In this document: piece after piece, positions 1 to 9,884 of the stretch
How the letters are laid out: each line of letters opens with the position of its first letter
How positions within the stretch are numbered: position 1 is the first letter of the stretch
Assembly: GCA_050304475.1 (NCBI GenBank)
Contig: JBNLDQ010000009.1
Coordinates: 236,360-300,359, forward strand
From: Turneriellaceae bacterium
GTDB lineage: Bacteria > Spirochaetota > Leptospiria > Turneriellales > JAOUFE01
DNA length: 64,000 nt
Direction: 5' to 3'
Program-made: the position numbers and the translations under genes
Notes under the pieces: model-generated
The model's input: the letters and a program-made list of their open reading frames with translations, nothing else
The model's database searches: none
What the model was told of the DNA's origin: nothing

Positions 1-732
1 TTTGCTTTTGAAACGGTTTCCGTCATTGGCCAAAGAGGAAAAACGCCCTGCCTGGCTCCGATGAGCCAAATTGCCGGCAGACTCGCCGTCATCAACGGGG
101 GTCGTTTTTTACAATCTTGTTATTCAGGCAGGGGTATTTTACTGGGCGGACTCACGGAAGAATACCCCCAAAAACCTTCGCCTCAAAACGGCTGCGTCAC
201 AATTATAGGAGCCGGCGTGGCCGGGTCATCGGCAGCGCACCTTGCCGCCCGCATGGGTTGCCGGGTCAGGGTTCTGGACATCTCAACCGATCGCCTGGAT
301 GCGCTTCAAGAACATCTGCCTGTCATTGAGACAATACCCAGCAATGAAAACTCCATTGCCGAAACTTTACCCGATACGGATCTTCTCATTGGCGCCGTCT
401 ACCTTTTCGGGAAAACAGCCCCTCATCTGGTCAGCGAAACAATGATGAAATCATTACCGGCAGGCGCCGTTGCTGTCGACATTGCCATTGACCAGGGCGG
501 TTGTTTTGAGGTCTCTCGCCCTTGCACTCATTCGCAGCCGGTTTTCGATCATGAGGGGCGTATCATATCAGCCATTACAAATCTACCGGCGGCTGTGCCG
601 CGCACCGCTTCGGAAGCTTTGTCGAAAGCGATTAGCCCTTATGTCGTTCAACTTGCCCTTTCCAAGCCGGACGCCGGGTTAATGACCGGCTTGAATGTTT
701 CCGGGGGAAAACTGAAAATTGCCCTGGCATAA
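1..732 (+). CDS. ald: Alanine dehydrogenase (5'-partial, runs off window start)
   Basis: The frame is open from base 1 (FAFETV...LAPMSQIAGRLA). It has the GxGxxG motif IIGAGVAG, DLLIGAV, VDIAIDQGGCFE and NLPAAVPRTAS, typical of AlaDH. Confidence 0.85.
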   Translation, partial: FAFETVSVIGQRGKTPCLAPMSQIAGRLAVINGGRFLQSCYSGRGILLGGLTEEYPQKPSPQNGCVTIIGAGVAGSSAAHLAARMGCRVRVLDISTDRLDALQEHLPVIETIPSNENSIAETLPDTDLLIGAVYLFGKTAPHLVSETMMKSLPAGAVAVDIAIDQGGCFEVSRPCTHSQPVFDHEGRIISAITNLPAAVPRTASEALSKAISPYVVQLALSKPDAGLMTGLNVSGGKLKIALA

Positions 733-866
733 AGTCCGGTGTGGAATTCCAAAACGGGCAAGATGCCGCCAAAAAAAACCGATAAATAAATATACGGAAA
801 ATAGCTGTTCCGCCGGTTTCAGGTTAAGTTAAAGCAGGTAAAAAGCAGCAATAACGAACGTAAAAA

Positions 867-1556
867 ATGAACGCAAATGAAATTCACCGAAAAGTTCTCG
901 GACTTTCCAAACAAGCCAAATCGTTTGAGATTAAAAATGCTTACAGGAAACTGGTTCGCAAATACCACCCCGATTTAAATCCGCCCGAACAAGCGAAAAA
1001 AAATAATGCAATCATGATCCGGCTCAACCTGGCGTATCACGCTTTAATGAAAGAGTTTAAAAAAACGAAACATTTGCCCGCCGAGCAAAATACAAACAAA
1101 GCTCAAGAAAAACAGGACGAACCAATGAAAAAAAATCCGGCAGGCGAGACCCTCCCGGCTTTGCCAAAAGATCCGGCTTATTCATACTACAAACTGGCGC
1201 ATCAATACTTCCACCGCGGTTTTTATAAATTTTATCGCCGAAAGTCCAAGTTGCCGATGAAACTGGCGGCTGCAATGGAGATTCTCAATAATTTTCAAAA
1301 AGCGTGCGTATATTACGGCAGGGTGATCGAAGAATTTCCCGACTCGGTATGGCGGCATGATGCGGCGATGAAGCTGGACAAAATCAAACAGCTAACGCCC
1401 ATTTACAGTCTCATCTCGGCAAGATTGCAGGAGCTAAACAAAGAAGAGGAAATCAAACTGAAAACTTGGCAAGAGCTCGATAAAAAACGGGGAATTTACA
1501 GCTATAAAGACATTGAACGCTTGTCATTGCAAATCTGGGAAGTAAACAAAATCTAA
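867..1556 (+). CDS. J-domain (DnaJ family) protein with C-terminal TPR-like helix pair
   Basis: VLGL...IKNAYRKLVRKYHPDLN J-domain with HPD motif. YYGRVIEEFPDSVW resembles a TPR/BamD-like repeat. Confidence 0.8.
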   Translation: MNANEIHRKVLGLSKQAKSFEIKNAYRKLVRKYHPDLNPPEQAKKNNAIMIRLNLAYHALMKEFKKTKHLPAEQNTNKAQEKQDEPMKKNPAGETLPALPKDPAYSYYKLAHQYFHRGFYKFYRRKSKLPMKLAAAMEILNNFQKACVYYGRVIEEFPDSVWRHDAAMKLDKIKQLTPIYSLISARLQELNKEEEIKLKTWQELDKKRGIYSYKDIERLSLQIWEVNKI

Positions 1557-2899
1557 TACCGGGCTTTTTGCACTTTTTTCTTTTTAAACAAAACAGCCTT
1601 GTTTCGCCCTGTTTTTTTCGCTTCATACAAAGCTACATCTGCATTTTCAAGCAACTCTTTGGAAGTTTTGCCGTCTCTCGGAAAAAATGCAACGCCTATG
1701 CTAATGGTCACATTACCATCCGGCAATTTTGTTTCGCCTTTAAAGTCTACATCAATCACAGCTTTTCGAATCCGGTTGGCAAACTCAAACGCGTCGCTCG
1801 AGGGCAATTCAGGCGCAATGACACTAAATTCTTCGCCGCCGTACCGGGCTACCGTATCGCCCTTCCGGCATTGATTTTTTATCACATTCGCCACGCCCTT
1901 GAGAACCTTGTCCCCGGCCAAATGACCGAATTTATCGTTGTACACTTTAAAGTAATCGATATCAGCCATTAAAACGACAACCTCGCGTTGATAGCGGGCG
2001 GCCCGAGCCAGCTCTTCTTCCAGTTTATCGTAAAAGTAACGGTGGTTGTACAACTCGGTTAAGCCATCCGTAATCGCTTGTTTTTTTAATTTGCGATTTA
2101 AAGCGTCCAACATTTTTGTACGCTCTTCTACCTTCATTTCCAGCTCTTCGTAGTTTTCGCTAACCTGGTCCACCATTTTGTTAAATTCATACGCCAGTTC
2201 GGTCAGTTCCCCGTGTTCGCCTATCTCCACCTGATTCCACCGGCCGTGAGAAACGCCGCGAACCCCTGTGGTTAATTTTTCAACGGGAGCGCGGATAGAG
2301 CGGTCAAAGAAAAAAATCAAAGCCAGACCGGTAAACAAGACTCCCAAACCGAAAATTACCGGAAGAGTCGCCATTTTATGACGCGTCCGATCGCTTTCTC
2401 GCATGATTTCAGCCAAAATAATACGATCCTCTTCGGCATGCTTAACCAAAATCATGATCCCTTCGCGGCCAACTTTATCCATGGCATACATTAAGCCCAC
2501 GCCGGAATGATCCCGGCTTTGGATTTTCTCGGGAGAAATTGAAAAAATACTGTGGGCGTATTTATCGATTTCGACAAGAATCAATTTCAGATCTTTTTTT
2601 ATCTCTTTATGATTGTCATTGTCATAGATCTCAAGCATCGATAAAAGTTGTTCCAAAAACTCGTTGTATCGATCGCGTTCCTGGAGATCGGCAGAGATCA
2701 AATAATCGTTAGGCGGCATGAGTAGCTTTTCAAAAGCCAACCCGATATCTTGCGTCTCGTCAATTTCTGACGCGATGGCGCCTAACCGGTCAATATTTTT
2801 CCCCAATGTCGCCTGGGAATAATGGGCAAAGCCTATCAAAACGCAAAATAAAATGAATAATAAAGAATAACCGTATAATAATTTGGTTCTGATTTTCAT
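1553..2899 (-). CDS. Membrane diguanylate cyclase (periplasmic sensor, HAMP, GGDEF)
   Basis: Two TM segments, HAMP (GELTELAYEFNKM), DGLTELYN, DIDYFKVYND, RKGD I-site and intact GGEEF. Confidence 0.92.
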   Translation of the reverse strand: MKIRTKLLYGYSLLFILFCVLIGFAHYSQATLGKNIDRLGAIASEIDETQDIGLAFEKLLMPPNDYLISADLQERDRYNEFLEQLLSMLEIYDNDNHKEIKKDLKLILVEIDKYAHSIFSISPEKIQSRDHSGVGLMYAMDKVGREGIMILVKHAEEDRIILAEIMRESDRTRHKMATLPVIFGLGVLFTGLALIFFFDRSIRAPVEKLTTGVRGVSHGRWNQVEIGEHGELTELAYEFNKMVDQVSENYEELEMKVEERTKMLDALNRKLKKQAITDGLTELYNHRYFYDKLEEELARAARYQREVVVLMADIDYFKVYNDKFGHLAGDKVLKGVANVIKNQCRKGDTVARYGGEEFSVIAPELPSSDAFEFANRIRKAVIDVDFKGETKLPDGNVTISIGVAFFPRDGKTSKELLENADVALYEAKKTGRNKAVLFKKKKVQKARY

Positions 2900-3019
2900 G
2901 ATCGCTTCTCGTCTTTACCCAAACTATTTGCCGGGAATAAATGTAAAAGGAAAAAAGCGTTTCCTGATCGGCGCCCATGAATCTCTAAAACAAGATTTTC
3001 CACGTACATCCGATATTTT

Positions 3020-3805
3020 TTAAAGGGGTTGGTCAAAATATTTCCAGTATAAAAAAGCGCCTAAATACCCCAGCGCACCGGCAATAAAAGGAATCGCCAT
3101 ACTTATGCCGTTCAATGTCACCTGGGTTCCAAGAATCTTGCTGTAAATCGCCGGGATAGCCCAGGGGAAATACGCTCCATACCCCAAGGCTCCGACAATC
3201 TGAGCCAGAACAACAGTCAACACAACAAAGGATAAAGAGGCAAGGTAACCCCGGCCCAGACAAGCGACGAAACCCGGTAAAGTAGTAAGCGATATCACCA
3301 TCAAGGATGTTTTGATAATCATCCCCCCGCTGGCATATAAAACCGTCAAAGACCACCCGGGCAAAGAGAGAAGGTTCCCCAGCAAAATAGTTTCTAAAAA
3401 AAGAATTGCGCACAAAGAGGCGCTCCAGAAAAAAATAACAACCATTTTTGACAGTAAAATCTTGGCTCTGGAAATCGGCAACACAAACAAATCTTTAACA
3501 GTATGATTTGCATATTCGCGCCCAAAAACCCAAGCCGCGACAAAACCAAAAACAATCACCCCCCCCACGCCAATTGCCTGGGCGTTTAAATTTAAAAAAG
3601 AGGGCCAATCGGGGCTAAACCCGCTCATCGAAGCTTTCGACTTCAATAGAGTATTCCCCGCGCTCAAGGCAGAGTTCCGAAGGACAATCACGAAAAGAGA
3701 ACCCATGACCGGGGCCAGAGACATGGCGAGAATCGTGCCGGCAAACACATTGGAACGCCGGAGCTTAAGCAACTCAATTTGAATGGCATCGCTTAATGAC
3801 CTCAA
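3020..3805 (-). CDS. ABC transporter permease (BcrB/lantibiotic-immunity-like)
   Basis: IELLKLRRS N-terminus, FGREY...TVKDLFVLPISRAKILLSK motif, about six TM segments; overlaps the ATPase stop. Confidence 0.85.
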   Translation of the reverse strand: MRSLSDAIQIELLKLRRSNVFAGTILAMSLAPVMGSLFVIVLRNSALSAGNTLLKSKASMSGFSPDWPSFLNLNAQAIGVGGVIVFGFVAAWVFGREYANHTVKDLFVLPISRAKILLSKMVVIFFWSASLCAILFLETILLGNLLSLPGWSLTVLYASGGMIIKTSLMVISLTTLPGFVACLGRGYLASLSFVVLTVVLAQIVGALGYGAYFPWAIPAIYSKILGTQVTLNGISMAIPFIAGALGYLGAFLYWKYFDQPL

Positions 3806-4728
3806 CTGTTTTCTCCTTCGCGGTGAATGATACGGCGAAAATATGATTCGAGATCTTCTTCATCAATAAAAAATGTCTTGGGGGGAGCGCCGCTTTTGAC
3901 CAATTGCACATTGATATTTTCCGGCGATTGCATCGCCTTCTCATCTTTTACGATAATTTGTTCCAAACTGTTTTCTTCCGGATGAAGACCCAATTCGGAC
4001 AGCACTTTTGCCGCCCGGCGGTTGTCGCCGGTTTGGATAATCAGTTGCCGGTGACGCTCTTTTTTCAACTGGGTATTATCCATTTCCTGGATCAATTTCC
4101 CCTGGTGAATGATGCCAAACCTGTCGGCAATTCTCGATATTTCAGTCAAGATATGGCTTGAAATAAAAATGGCGACCCCTTTGTTTTTTGCCAAGTCCAA
4201 AAGAAGATTTCGGATCTCAACAATGCCGTCAGGGTCAAGTCCGTTGACCGGTTCATCCAGTATCAATAGAGTTGGCTCGTGAATCAGCGCCTTGGCAAGG
4301 CCAAGCCTTTGTGAATTGCCCAGAGAGAGATGGCCGGCTTTACGATCCGCATAAGACGTTAGTTTCAACTTTTCCAAAATTTCAGAGACGCATTGGGGCG
4401 ATTTCAGGTTCCGCAGCTTGCGATGGATTTCCAGGTTTTCGCGCACTGTCAATTCAGGGTACGAATAAGGAATCTCGACCAAAGCGCCAACCGATTCCCA
4501 GGGGCCTTCTCCGCCTCTGCGTATTTCTTTCCCAAGAACCCTGGCGCTTCCTTTCGTAGCATTGATCATGCCCAGCAAAAGGCGAATCGTTGTGGTTTTC
4601 CCAGCTCCGTTTAATCCTAGAAATCCATAGATTTCCCCCTTTTTTACCGTCAGTGAAACGTCTTGCACCGCCTGCACATTGCCGTAGCTTTTTGTCAGTT
4701 GAGATGTCTCTATCACATATTCTTGCAT
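3802..4728 (-). CDS. ABC transporter ATP-binding protein (BcrA-like)
   Basis: Walker A GLNGAGKTT, signature LSLGNSQRLGLA, Walker B LILDEPVNGLDP, ISSH. Confidence 0.92.
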   Translation of the reverse strand: MQEYVIETSQLTKSYGNVQAVQDVSLTVKKGEIYGFLGLNGAGKTTTIRLLLGMINATKGSARVLGKEIRRGGEGPWESVGALVEIPYSYPELTVRENLEIHRKLRNLKSPQCVSEILEKLKLTSYADRKAGHLSLGNSQRLGLAKALIHEPTLLILDEPVNGLDPDGIVEIRNLLLDLAKNKGVAIFISSHILTEISRIADRFGIIHQGKLIQEMDNTQLKKERHRQLIIQTGDNRRAAKVLSELGLHPEENSLEQIIVKDEKAMQSPENINVQLVKSGAPPKTFFIDEEDLESYFRRIIHREGENS

Positions 4729-4895
4729 GATTATCCCATGAACTCTACCGGATTTTTACATTGGGGATCCGGAAGATGATATGAAACGGATTTCATTTGT
4801 ATATTCAATTTTCTTTTTTGGTTTGTTCTCAACTTCCGAAAAATTCGGATTTTATCACTTTTTTTCTTTTGCGTTAGTAAAAACCCGAAGAAACG

Positions 4896-4969
4896 GCGAT
4901 TCATTTTGTAGAACCGAAAAAATGACGCCTTTCCGGCCCCACCCTACAGGGCGGGGGTGGTTAGTGGAA
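4896..4969 (-). repeat. Dispersed intergenic hairpin repeat, copy 1
   Basis: Minus strand reads TTCCACTAACCACCCCCGCCC-tgta-GGGTGGGGCCGG...ATTTTTTCGGTTCT...AATCGC, matching the copies at 9545, 16293, 16446, 38390 and 41001. Confidence 0.7.
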
Positions 4970-5044
4970 CAAACCGCAAATCTCTCCCCAACCAAAGCGA
5001 TTCACCTTGACGAAGCGTCTTTATCCTGCATTTCTACCTATATT

Positions 5045-7837
5045 ATGGGCCAAAATGAAAAAGAAAAAAACCCCTGGTCGAATACGATCCGGTTACCAAA
5101 CACAGAGTTTGCCATGCGCGCACAACTCCCCGTGAGAGAGCCCCAAATTATTGAGTACTGGAAAAGTAAAAAAGTTTACCAACGTATTTTGGAAAAACGC
5201 CGCCAGGAAGGCGCGCCGCACTTTATTCTGCATGACGGACCGCCCTACGCAAACGGAAATTTTCACGTCGGCCACGCACTAAATAAAATACTAAAAGACG
5301 TAATCAACAAATACGAGATCCTCCAAGGGAAATACGCCCCCTATGTTCCCGGCTGGGATTGCCACGGACTGCCCATTGAACTGGCCGCCCTGAAAAAACT
5401 GGCAAACCGGAAAAAAGGCGAAGACAAAGACCCGCAAAAAGTACGCGAAGCATGCCGGAAATATGCGGCCGATTTTATTCAAATCCAGGCGGCAGACCAA
5501 ACCCGGTTCGGAGTGCTCTGGAATGACGAAGAGATCGAAGCGGTCACGCGCCCCGAGCAAGAAGCCAAACCCAACTTCTATTATACAATGAGCGCAGATT
5601 ACGAAGCGGGCATCTTAACCGCCTTCCGCGACCTTTTTGCCAAAGGCTACATCTACAAAGGCTTAAAACCCGTCTATTGGGACACCAAAGCCCAAACGGC
5701 AATGGCCGAAGCCGAGATTGAATACGAAAACCATACCTCGCCTTCGATCTATGTAAAGTTTCCGGTAAAAAACAAGATTGGCGAAAGCCGTTCCCTGCAA
5801 CCTGAATTTGTCGCCATCTGGACGACCACCCCATGGACCCTGCCGGCAAACCTGGCCGTTTGTTTTCACCCGGAATTTAGCTATCAGGTTTATAAAACAA
5901 ACCAGGGGAACATTGTCATTGCCGAAGGGCTCGAAGAGAGCTTTTTTGAAAACGCCGGGTTAACGTTTACGGAAAAAGAGAAAATCACGGCAGAAGAGGT
6001 GCAAAACCTTGAAGTTTCTCACCCGTTTCTTGACCAACCCAGTACGGTTGTTTTCGGCCGGCACGTTACCCTCGAAGCGGGTACAGGCGTTGTCCATACC
6101 GCGCCGGGGCATGGTCTTGATGACTACAATGTCGGTTTAGAGTACGATTTAGACCCCTATTCGCCGGTCGACCACCGGGGCCGTTACACTGCCGACTTTG
6201 CGCAAATGGAAGGCGAGTATGTCTTCGATGCCAATCCTAAAATCATTGAACTTTTAAAAGAAAAAAATGCCTTAATCCATGTTTCGCAAATTGAGCACTC
6301 GTACCCGCACTCCTGGAGAAGTCATTCTCCCTTGATTTTTCGCGCGACCCCCCAGTGGTTTTTGCAAATCGAACCCTTACGAAAAGAAGCCCTGAATGCG
6401 TCAGGCAAAGTAGAGTGGATCCCGGCATGGGGCCAAAACCGGTTTGAATCGATGGTTGAAAACCGGCCTGACTGGTGTCTTTCAAGACAAAGACATTGGG
6501 GCGTGCCTATCCCGGCCTTTTCCTGTACCAAATGCGGCCACACCCACATGGACACGCGCACCCTCGATCATATCATTCAATTGGTCCGCAAAGAGGGCAT
6601 TGAAATCTGGTTCAACAAAGAAGCCAAAGAGCTTTTGCCCGAAAACATCTCTTGTGAAAAATGCCAAGAGAGTTCTTTTTCAAAAGAAAACGATATTTTA
6701 GACGTCTGGTTCGACAGCGGCGTGAGCTGGTATTGCGTCACCAAAAACAACGAAGCTCTTTCTTACCCTGCCGACATGTACCTGGAGGGTTCCGACCAGC
6801 ACCGGGGCTGGTTCCAAAGCAGCCTTTGGCCCTCAATCGGCCTCGAAGGAAAGGCGCCCTACAAGAAAGTACTGACCCATGGCTACGTGTTAGACGACAA
6901 AGGGCGGGCCATGAGCAAAAGCCTGGGGAACGTCATCTCCCCGGTGACTGATATCATTCCCAAGTACGGGGCCGATATCTTACGTTTGTGGGTATCTTCC
7001 GAAGATTACCGCACCGACAACCGGATCGGCTTTGATATGTTAGAGCAACTTTCTGACAGCTACCGTAAAATTAGAAATACCTTTCGCTATATTTTAGGCA
7101 ACCTCAACGATGGCGCCGAGGCAAAAGAGCTAAACGAAGATCAAATTACCGAAGAAATTGACCTCTGGGTGCTTCATGAGCTTTCGCTTCTCGACGAGAA
7201 ATTGCGAAACGCATATGAGAAAAGCGAGTACCACCAGGTCTACCAGCGGACCCTCACCTTTTGCACCGTCACGCTTTCAAACACCTACTTTGACATTGTC
7301 CGCGATCGCCTTTACTGCGACGCTTCTGCCGGCGCAACGACCCCAGTAGAGCAAAGCCCCAAAAGAGCGTCTACGCTGGCAACATTGAAACTATTGCTTG
7401 AACATTTGGCGATTTGGCTTTCTCCGGTCTTAAGTTTTACGGCTGAAGAGATCCACCAGATTTACGCCCCCGGAACAAGCGTTTTTGAAAACCTTTGGCC
7501 AAACGCCGGCAAATGGAAAAATGAGACGCTCGCTGAAAAGTTTAAACCGCTTTGGGAACTCAAAGACAAGGTCAATATTCAACTGGAAGAGGCGCGCAAC
7601 AGCAAAACAATCAAAGCCTCTCTTGAAGCGGCAATCTCGCTACCCGAAGAAGAAAAGCGGAATCTGCCTTTTTCAAACGAAGAGCTGGCGTTTTATTTTG
7701 TCGTCTCCGATGTTCAAGACGGTTCAACTCTGAAAGTTGAAAAATCATCAAAAGAAAAGTGCCCGCGCTGCTGGATTTACCGCGACCTAAAAGACTCCGG
7801 GCTCTGCCCGCGGTGTTCCGAAGTTCTTCAGAAGTAA
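5045..7837 (+). CDS. ileS: Isoleucine--tRNA ligase (type 1)
   Basis: LHDGPPYANG...HVGH (HIGH-like), GWDCHGLPIE, WTTTPWT, WCLSRQR, AMSKS (KMSKS-like) and a C-terminal Zn finger CPRCW...CPRC. Start moved to ATG 5045. Confidence 0.97.
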   Translation: MGQNEKEKNPWSNTIRLPNTEFAMRAQLPVREPQIIEYWKSKKVYQRILEKRRQEGAPHFILHDGPPYANGNFHVGHALNKILKDVINKYEILQGKYAPYVPGWDCHGLPIELAALKKLANRKKGEDKDPQKVREACRKYAADFIQIQAADQTRFGVLWNDEEIEAVTRPEQEAKPNFYYTMSADYEAGILTAFRDLFAKGYIYKGLKPVYWDTKAQTAMAEAEIEYENHTSPSIYVKFPVKNKIGESRSLQPEFVAIWTTTPWTLPANLAVCFHPEFSYQVYKTNQGNIVIAEGLEESFFENAGLTFTEKEKITAEEVQNLEVSHPFLDQPSTVVFGRHVTLEAGTGVVHTAPGHGLDDYNVGLEYDLDPYSPVDHRGRYTADFAQMEGEYVFDANPKIIELLKEKNALIHVSQIEHSYPHSWRSHSPLIFRATPQWFLQIEPLRKEALNASGKVEWIPAWGQNRFESMVENRPDWCLSRQRHWGVPIPAFSCTKCGHTHMDTRTLDHIIQLVRKEGIEIWFNKEAKELLPENISCEKCQESSFSKENDILDVWFDSGVSWYCVTKNNEALSYPADMYLEGSDQHRGWFQSSLWPSIGLEGKAPYKKVLTHGYVLDDKGRAMSKSLGNVISPVTDIIPKYGADILRLWVSSEDYRTDNRIGFDMLEQLSDSYRKIRNTFRYILGNLNDGAEAKELNEDQITEEIDLWVLHELSLLDEKLRNAYEKSEYHQVYQRTLTFCTVTLSNTYFDIVRDRLYCDASAGATTPVEQSPKRASTLATLKLLLEHLAIWLSPVLSFTAEEIHQIYAPGTSVFENLWPNAGKWKNETLAEKFKPLWELKDKVNIQLEEARNSKTIKASLEAAISLPEEEKRNLPFSNEELAFYFVVSDVQDGSTLKVEKSSKEKCPRCWIYRDLKDSGLCPRCSEVLQK

Positions 7838-7876
7838 AAAGCGATAAAGAAGCTTTTTTAGAAGAGGGTTAAAGCG

Positions 7877-8521
7877 TTACTTGGCGACCCAGGTACCGTC
7901 ATCTTTTTGAATGTATTCGCCCTTCAGCGCCGAAGCGTGGTACTTCTCTTTTTGCGTTCGCAACAGTTCTTCGCGGTTCGGCTTGTAGTCCGGCTCATTT
8001 CGTTGCCGGTTTATAATGTAACCCTCGACCAAATGTTTCCGGGCAATGTTCACTTGCTTGACCGTCTCTTCCAGCATGCGGTAATCTTTCCCTCCAACGG
8101 GATCTTTTTTTAATTTCGGATCATATTTTTCCCGGCTCTCTTCCGGTAACTCCAGCCCCGGCACCAGAACCAAGTTAGCGATCAGCCCGTTTTTATCTTC
8201 GCCAACCACCCTGTCTTGTTTTAATTGAGCCAGGTCATCGCCAAAAGCATTGAGAATGGCAAAAGCCCGGTAGGTGTACGAGTTTTCTTCGTCAATTTTC
8301 GCTTGTTCATCTTCGCTGGCTTCGCCCAAATCCACTTCGCTGGTCACCCTGGCCGAAGAGATCATCCAAACATCTTCTTCGAGTTCATTCTCTTCGCCAA
8401 TGATTTGCTTTTCAACGGCAGTTTTAGTGCCTGTCAATGTAATGGGCGGGATCATGACCGAAAGACATGAATTGATAGAAATGGCAAAAAGGGGCAGAAG
8501 CGCCCTGAAAAGACGAACCAT
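7877..8521 (-). CDS. Lipoprotein, DUF1318/YdbL-like
   Basis: Lipobox-like AISINSC, T-A-V-E-K-Q-I-I-G motif, VVGEDKNGLI and C-terminal GEYIQKDDGTWVAK, as in DUF1318 proteins. Confidence 0.65.
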   Translation of the reverse strand: MVRLFRALLPLFAISINSCLSVMIPPITLTGTKTAVEKQIIGEENELEEDVWMISSARVTSEVDLGEASEDEQAKIDEENSYTYRAFAILNAFGDDLAQLKQDRVVGEDKNGLIANLVLVPGLELPEESREKYDPKLKKDPVGGKDYRMLEETVKQVNIARKHLVEGYIINRQRNEPDYKPNREELLRTQKEKYHASALKGEYIQKDDGTWVAK

Positions 8522-8643
8522 GATAGAAACAACCTCTGGATAAATGGCAAAACGTAAAGCATTTCTTTGCCTTCTCTTTTTTAATATTTTCTGCCGGTAA
8601 AAAATATTTGTCGAGTCAGGTTAGCGTTTTAGAGAGGCAGAAT

Positions 8644-9342
8644 ATGGACCAATACACAGATAATAAAATCGCCCGGATCACCGGCATCATCGGCTTGCTC
8701 TCTTTGGCATTTTTCATGCTTGCCATAGGAATTGCCCAGTACGTACCGGTTCCGGTGAAAGAACTATCGCTTGTGCGAATTGCCGAAACCAAAGACGATT
8801 GGGCATTGATTGCAGCTATCGCTATTTCCATCTATGCGTCGCCCGGGATGTTGTTGCTAGGTTATCATTACTACCTGGGGTTACGTCCGGCGGGTAATAT
8901 CTTTTCTCTTACAGCTACCTTCCTTTTCACTTTTGCAATGTTAATGGCATTGGCAACGCATGTCGCCCAAGTGTACTCAATATTGGCAATTAAATATGGC
9001 GCCGAAGCGGAAAAAATCCCGCTGGTTTACGAAAACCTTTTGGCGACCCTCTCGGGCAACCTGCAGTGGTCATTGATCATCTCGGCATTGATTGCCTGGA
9101 TCGCCATCTGGTGGAAAAAAACCAACTACCCCTACTGGGTATCGCGCACAAACCCTCTTTTCTTGATTTTCCTGTTTGCTTTTATCTCCCGCGCCATGCC
9201 CCCGGAAGTGGCCGGTTTCTACCACCCCACCCGGTTTTATATGGGCATGTTCATTTTTTTCGCCATCTCCGTGGGTGTCCTCTGGAACAATACGAAAATT
9301 GACGATCGCGCCTACCAGAAAGAGGCAAATGCCGCTAAATAG
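8644..9342 (+). CDS. Integral membrane protein (DUF6796-like)
   Basis: About six hydrophobic segments; LGYHYYLGLRP and TNYPYW...NP motifs; ATG 8644 follows GAGAGG. Confidence 0.55.
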   Translation: MDQYTDNKIARITGIIGLLSLAFFMLAIGIAQYVPVPVKELSLVRIAETKDDWALIAAIAISIYASPGMLLLGYHYYLGLRPAGNIFSLTATFLFTFAMLMALATHVAQVYSILAIKYGAEAEKIPLVYENLLATLSGNLQWSLIISALIAWIAIWWKKTNYPYWVSRTNPLFLIFLFAFISRAMPPEVAGFYHPTRFYMGMFIFFAISVGVLWNNTKIDDRAYQKEANAAK

Positions 9343-9361
9343 CGGCGCCACATAAATCGCA

Positions 9362-9483
9362 ATGAAAATGTAAAAGGGGCAAGTGGCCCTGACGTGCATG
9401 GAGGCACTAATGCCGTCGGATGGATGGCGAGAGACGGCCTGACATGCAGGCCGGCGATCCACCGCCACCCCGGCGATTTATCC
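9362..9483 (+). repeat. Distal modules of the intergenic repeat family (GGGGCAAG / ATGGA / AGGCCGGCGA / GCCACCCCGGCG)
   Basis: 9378-9417 aligns ungapped with 38521-38560 at 26/40 identities, mostly transitions. GCCACCCCGGCG..TTATCC recurs on the minus strand at about 16210-16230. Confidence 0.55.
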
Positions 9484-9544
9484 TTGCGCTTTTCGTTTGT
9501 TGTAAATTCCGCTTCGCTTTATGTTACTTTCGTTGTTAGTGTTA

Positions 9545-9636
9545 TTGCCCACAAACCCACCACCCCACCCATATATGGGTGGGGGCAAAAATACCGAAAA
9601 TTTTTCGGTTTCAGTGATTCAATAGCCGCTTTTTCG
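9545..9636 (+). repeat. Dispersed intergenic hairpin repeat, copy 2
   Basis: CCCACAAACCCACCA-CCCCACCCAT-AT-ATGGGTGGGG-GC...AAATTTTTCGG. Confidence 0.7.
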
Positions 9637-9884
9637 TTTTTTTTTCTTAAAAAAGAGTATTTTTAAAATTTTTATTCGGTCTGATCAGCCAAACTGCAGA
9701 AAATACCCGGACCGGAACATTTAATATTTTAATAAAACGCCCCGGAAAAAACAATGCAGTATCTCATCATAAAATTAAAATAATATAAAAAGTAGTTGTA
9801 GTAAGGATAAAAAATAATATTTTGCAATTACTTATTCTGCCATTGTTCCAGCGGAAGAAATAAAAGGGTCACGGGGAATAGTCC

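Noticed and set aside
4781-5044. 88-aa N-terminal extension of IleS in the ORF track
   Set aside because: It does not resemble IleRS and runs across a repeat copy; similarity to IleRS begins after ATG 5045.
9394-9666. Small ORFs over the repeat mosaics (also 38474-38749, 40899-41102, 56910-57194)
   Set aside because: No conserved reading frame across copies; the shared TNAV peptide is explained by DNA-level similarity.
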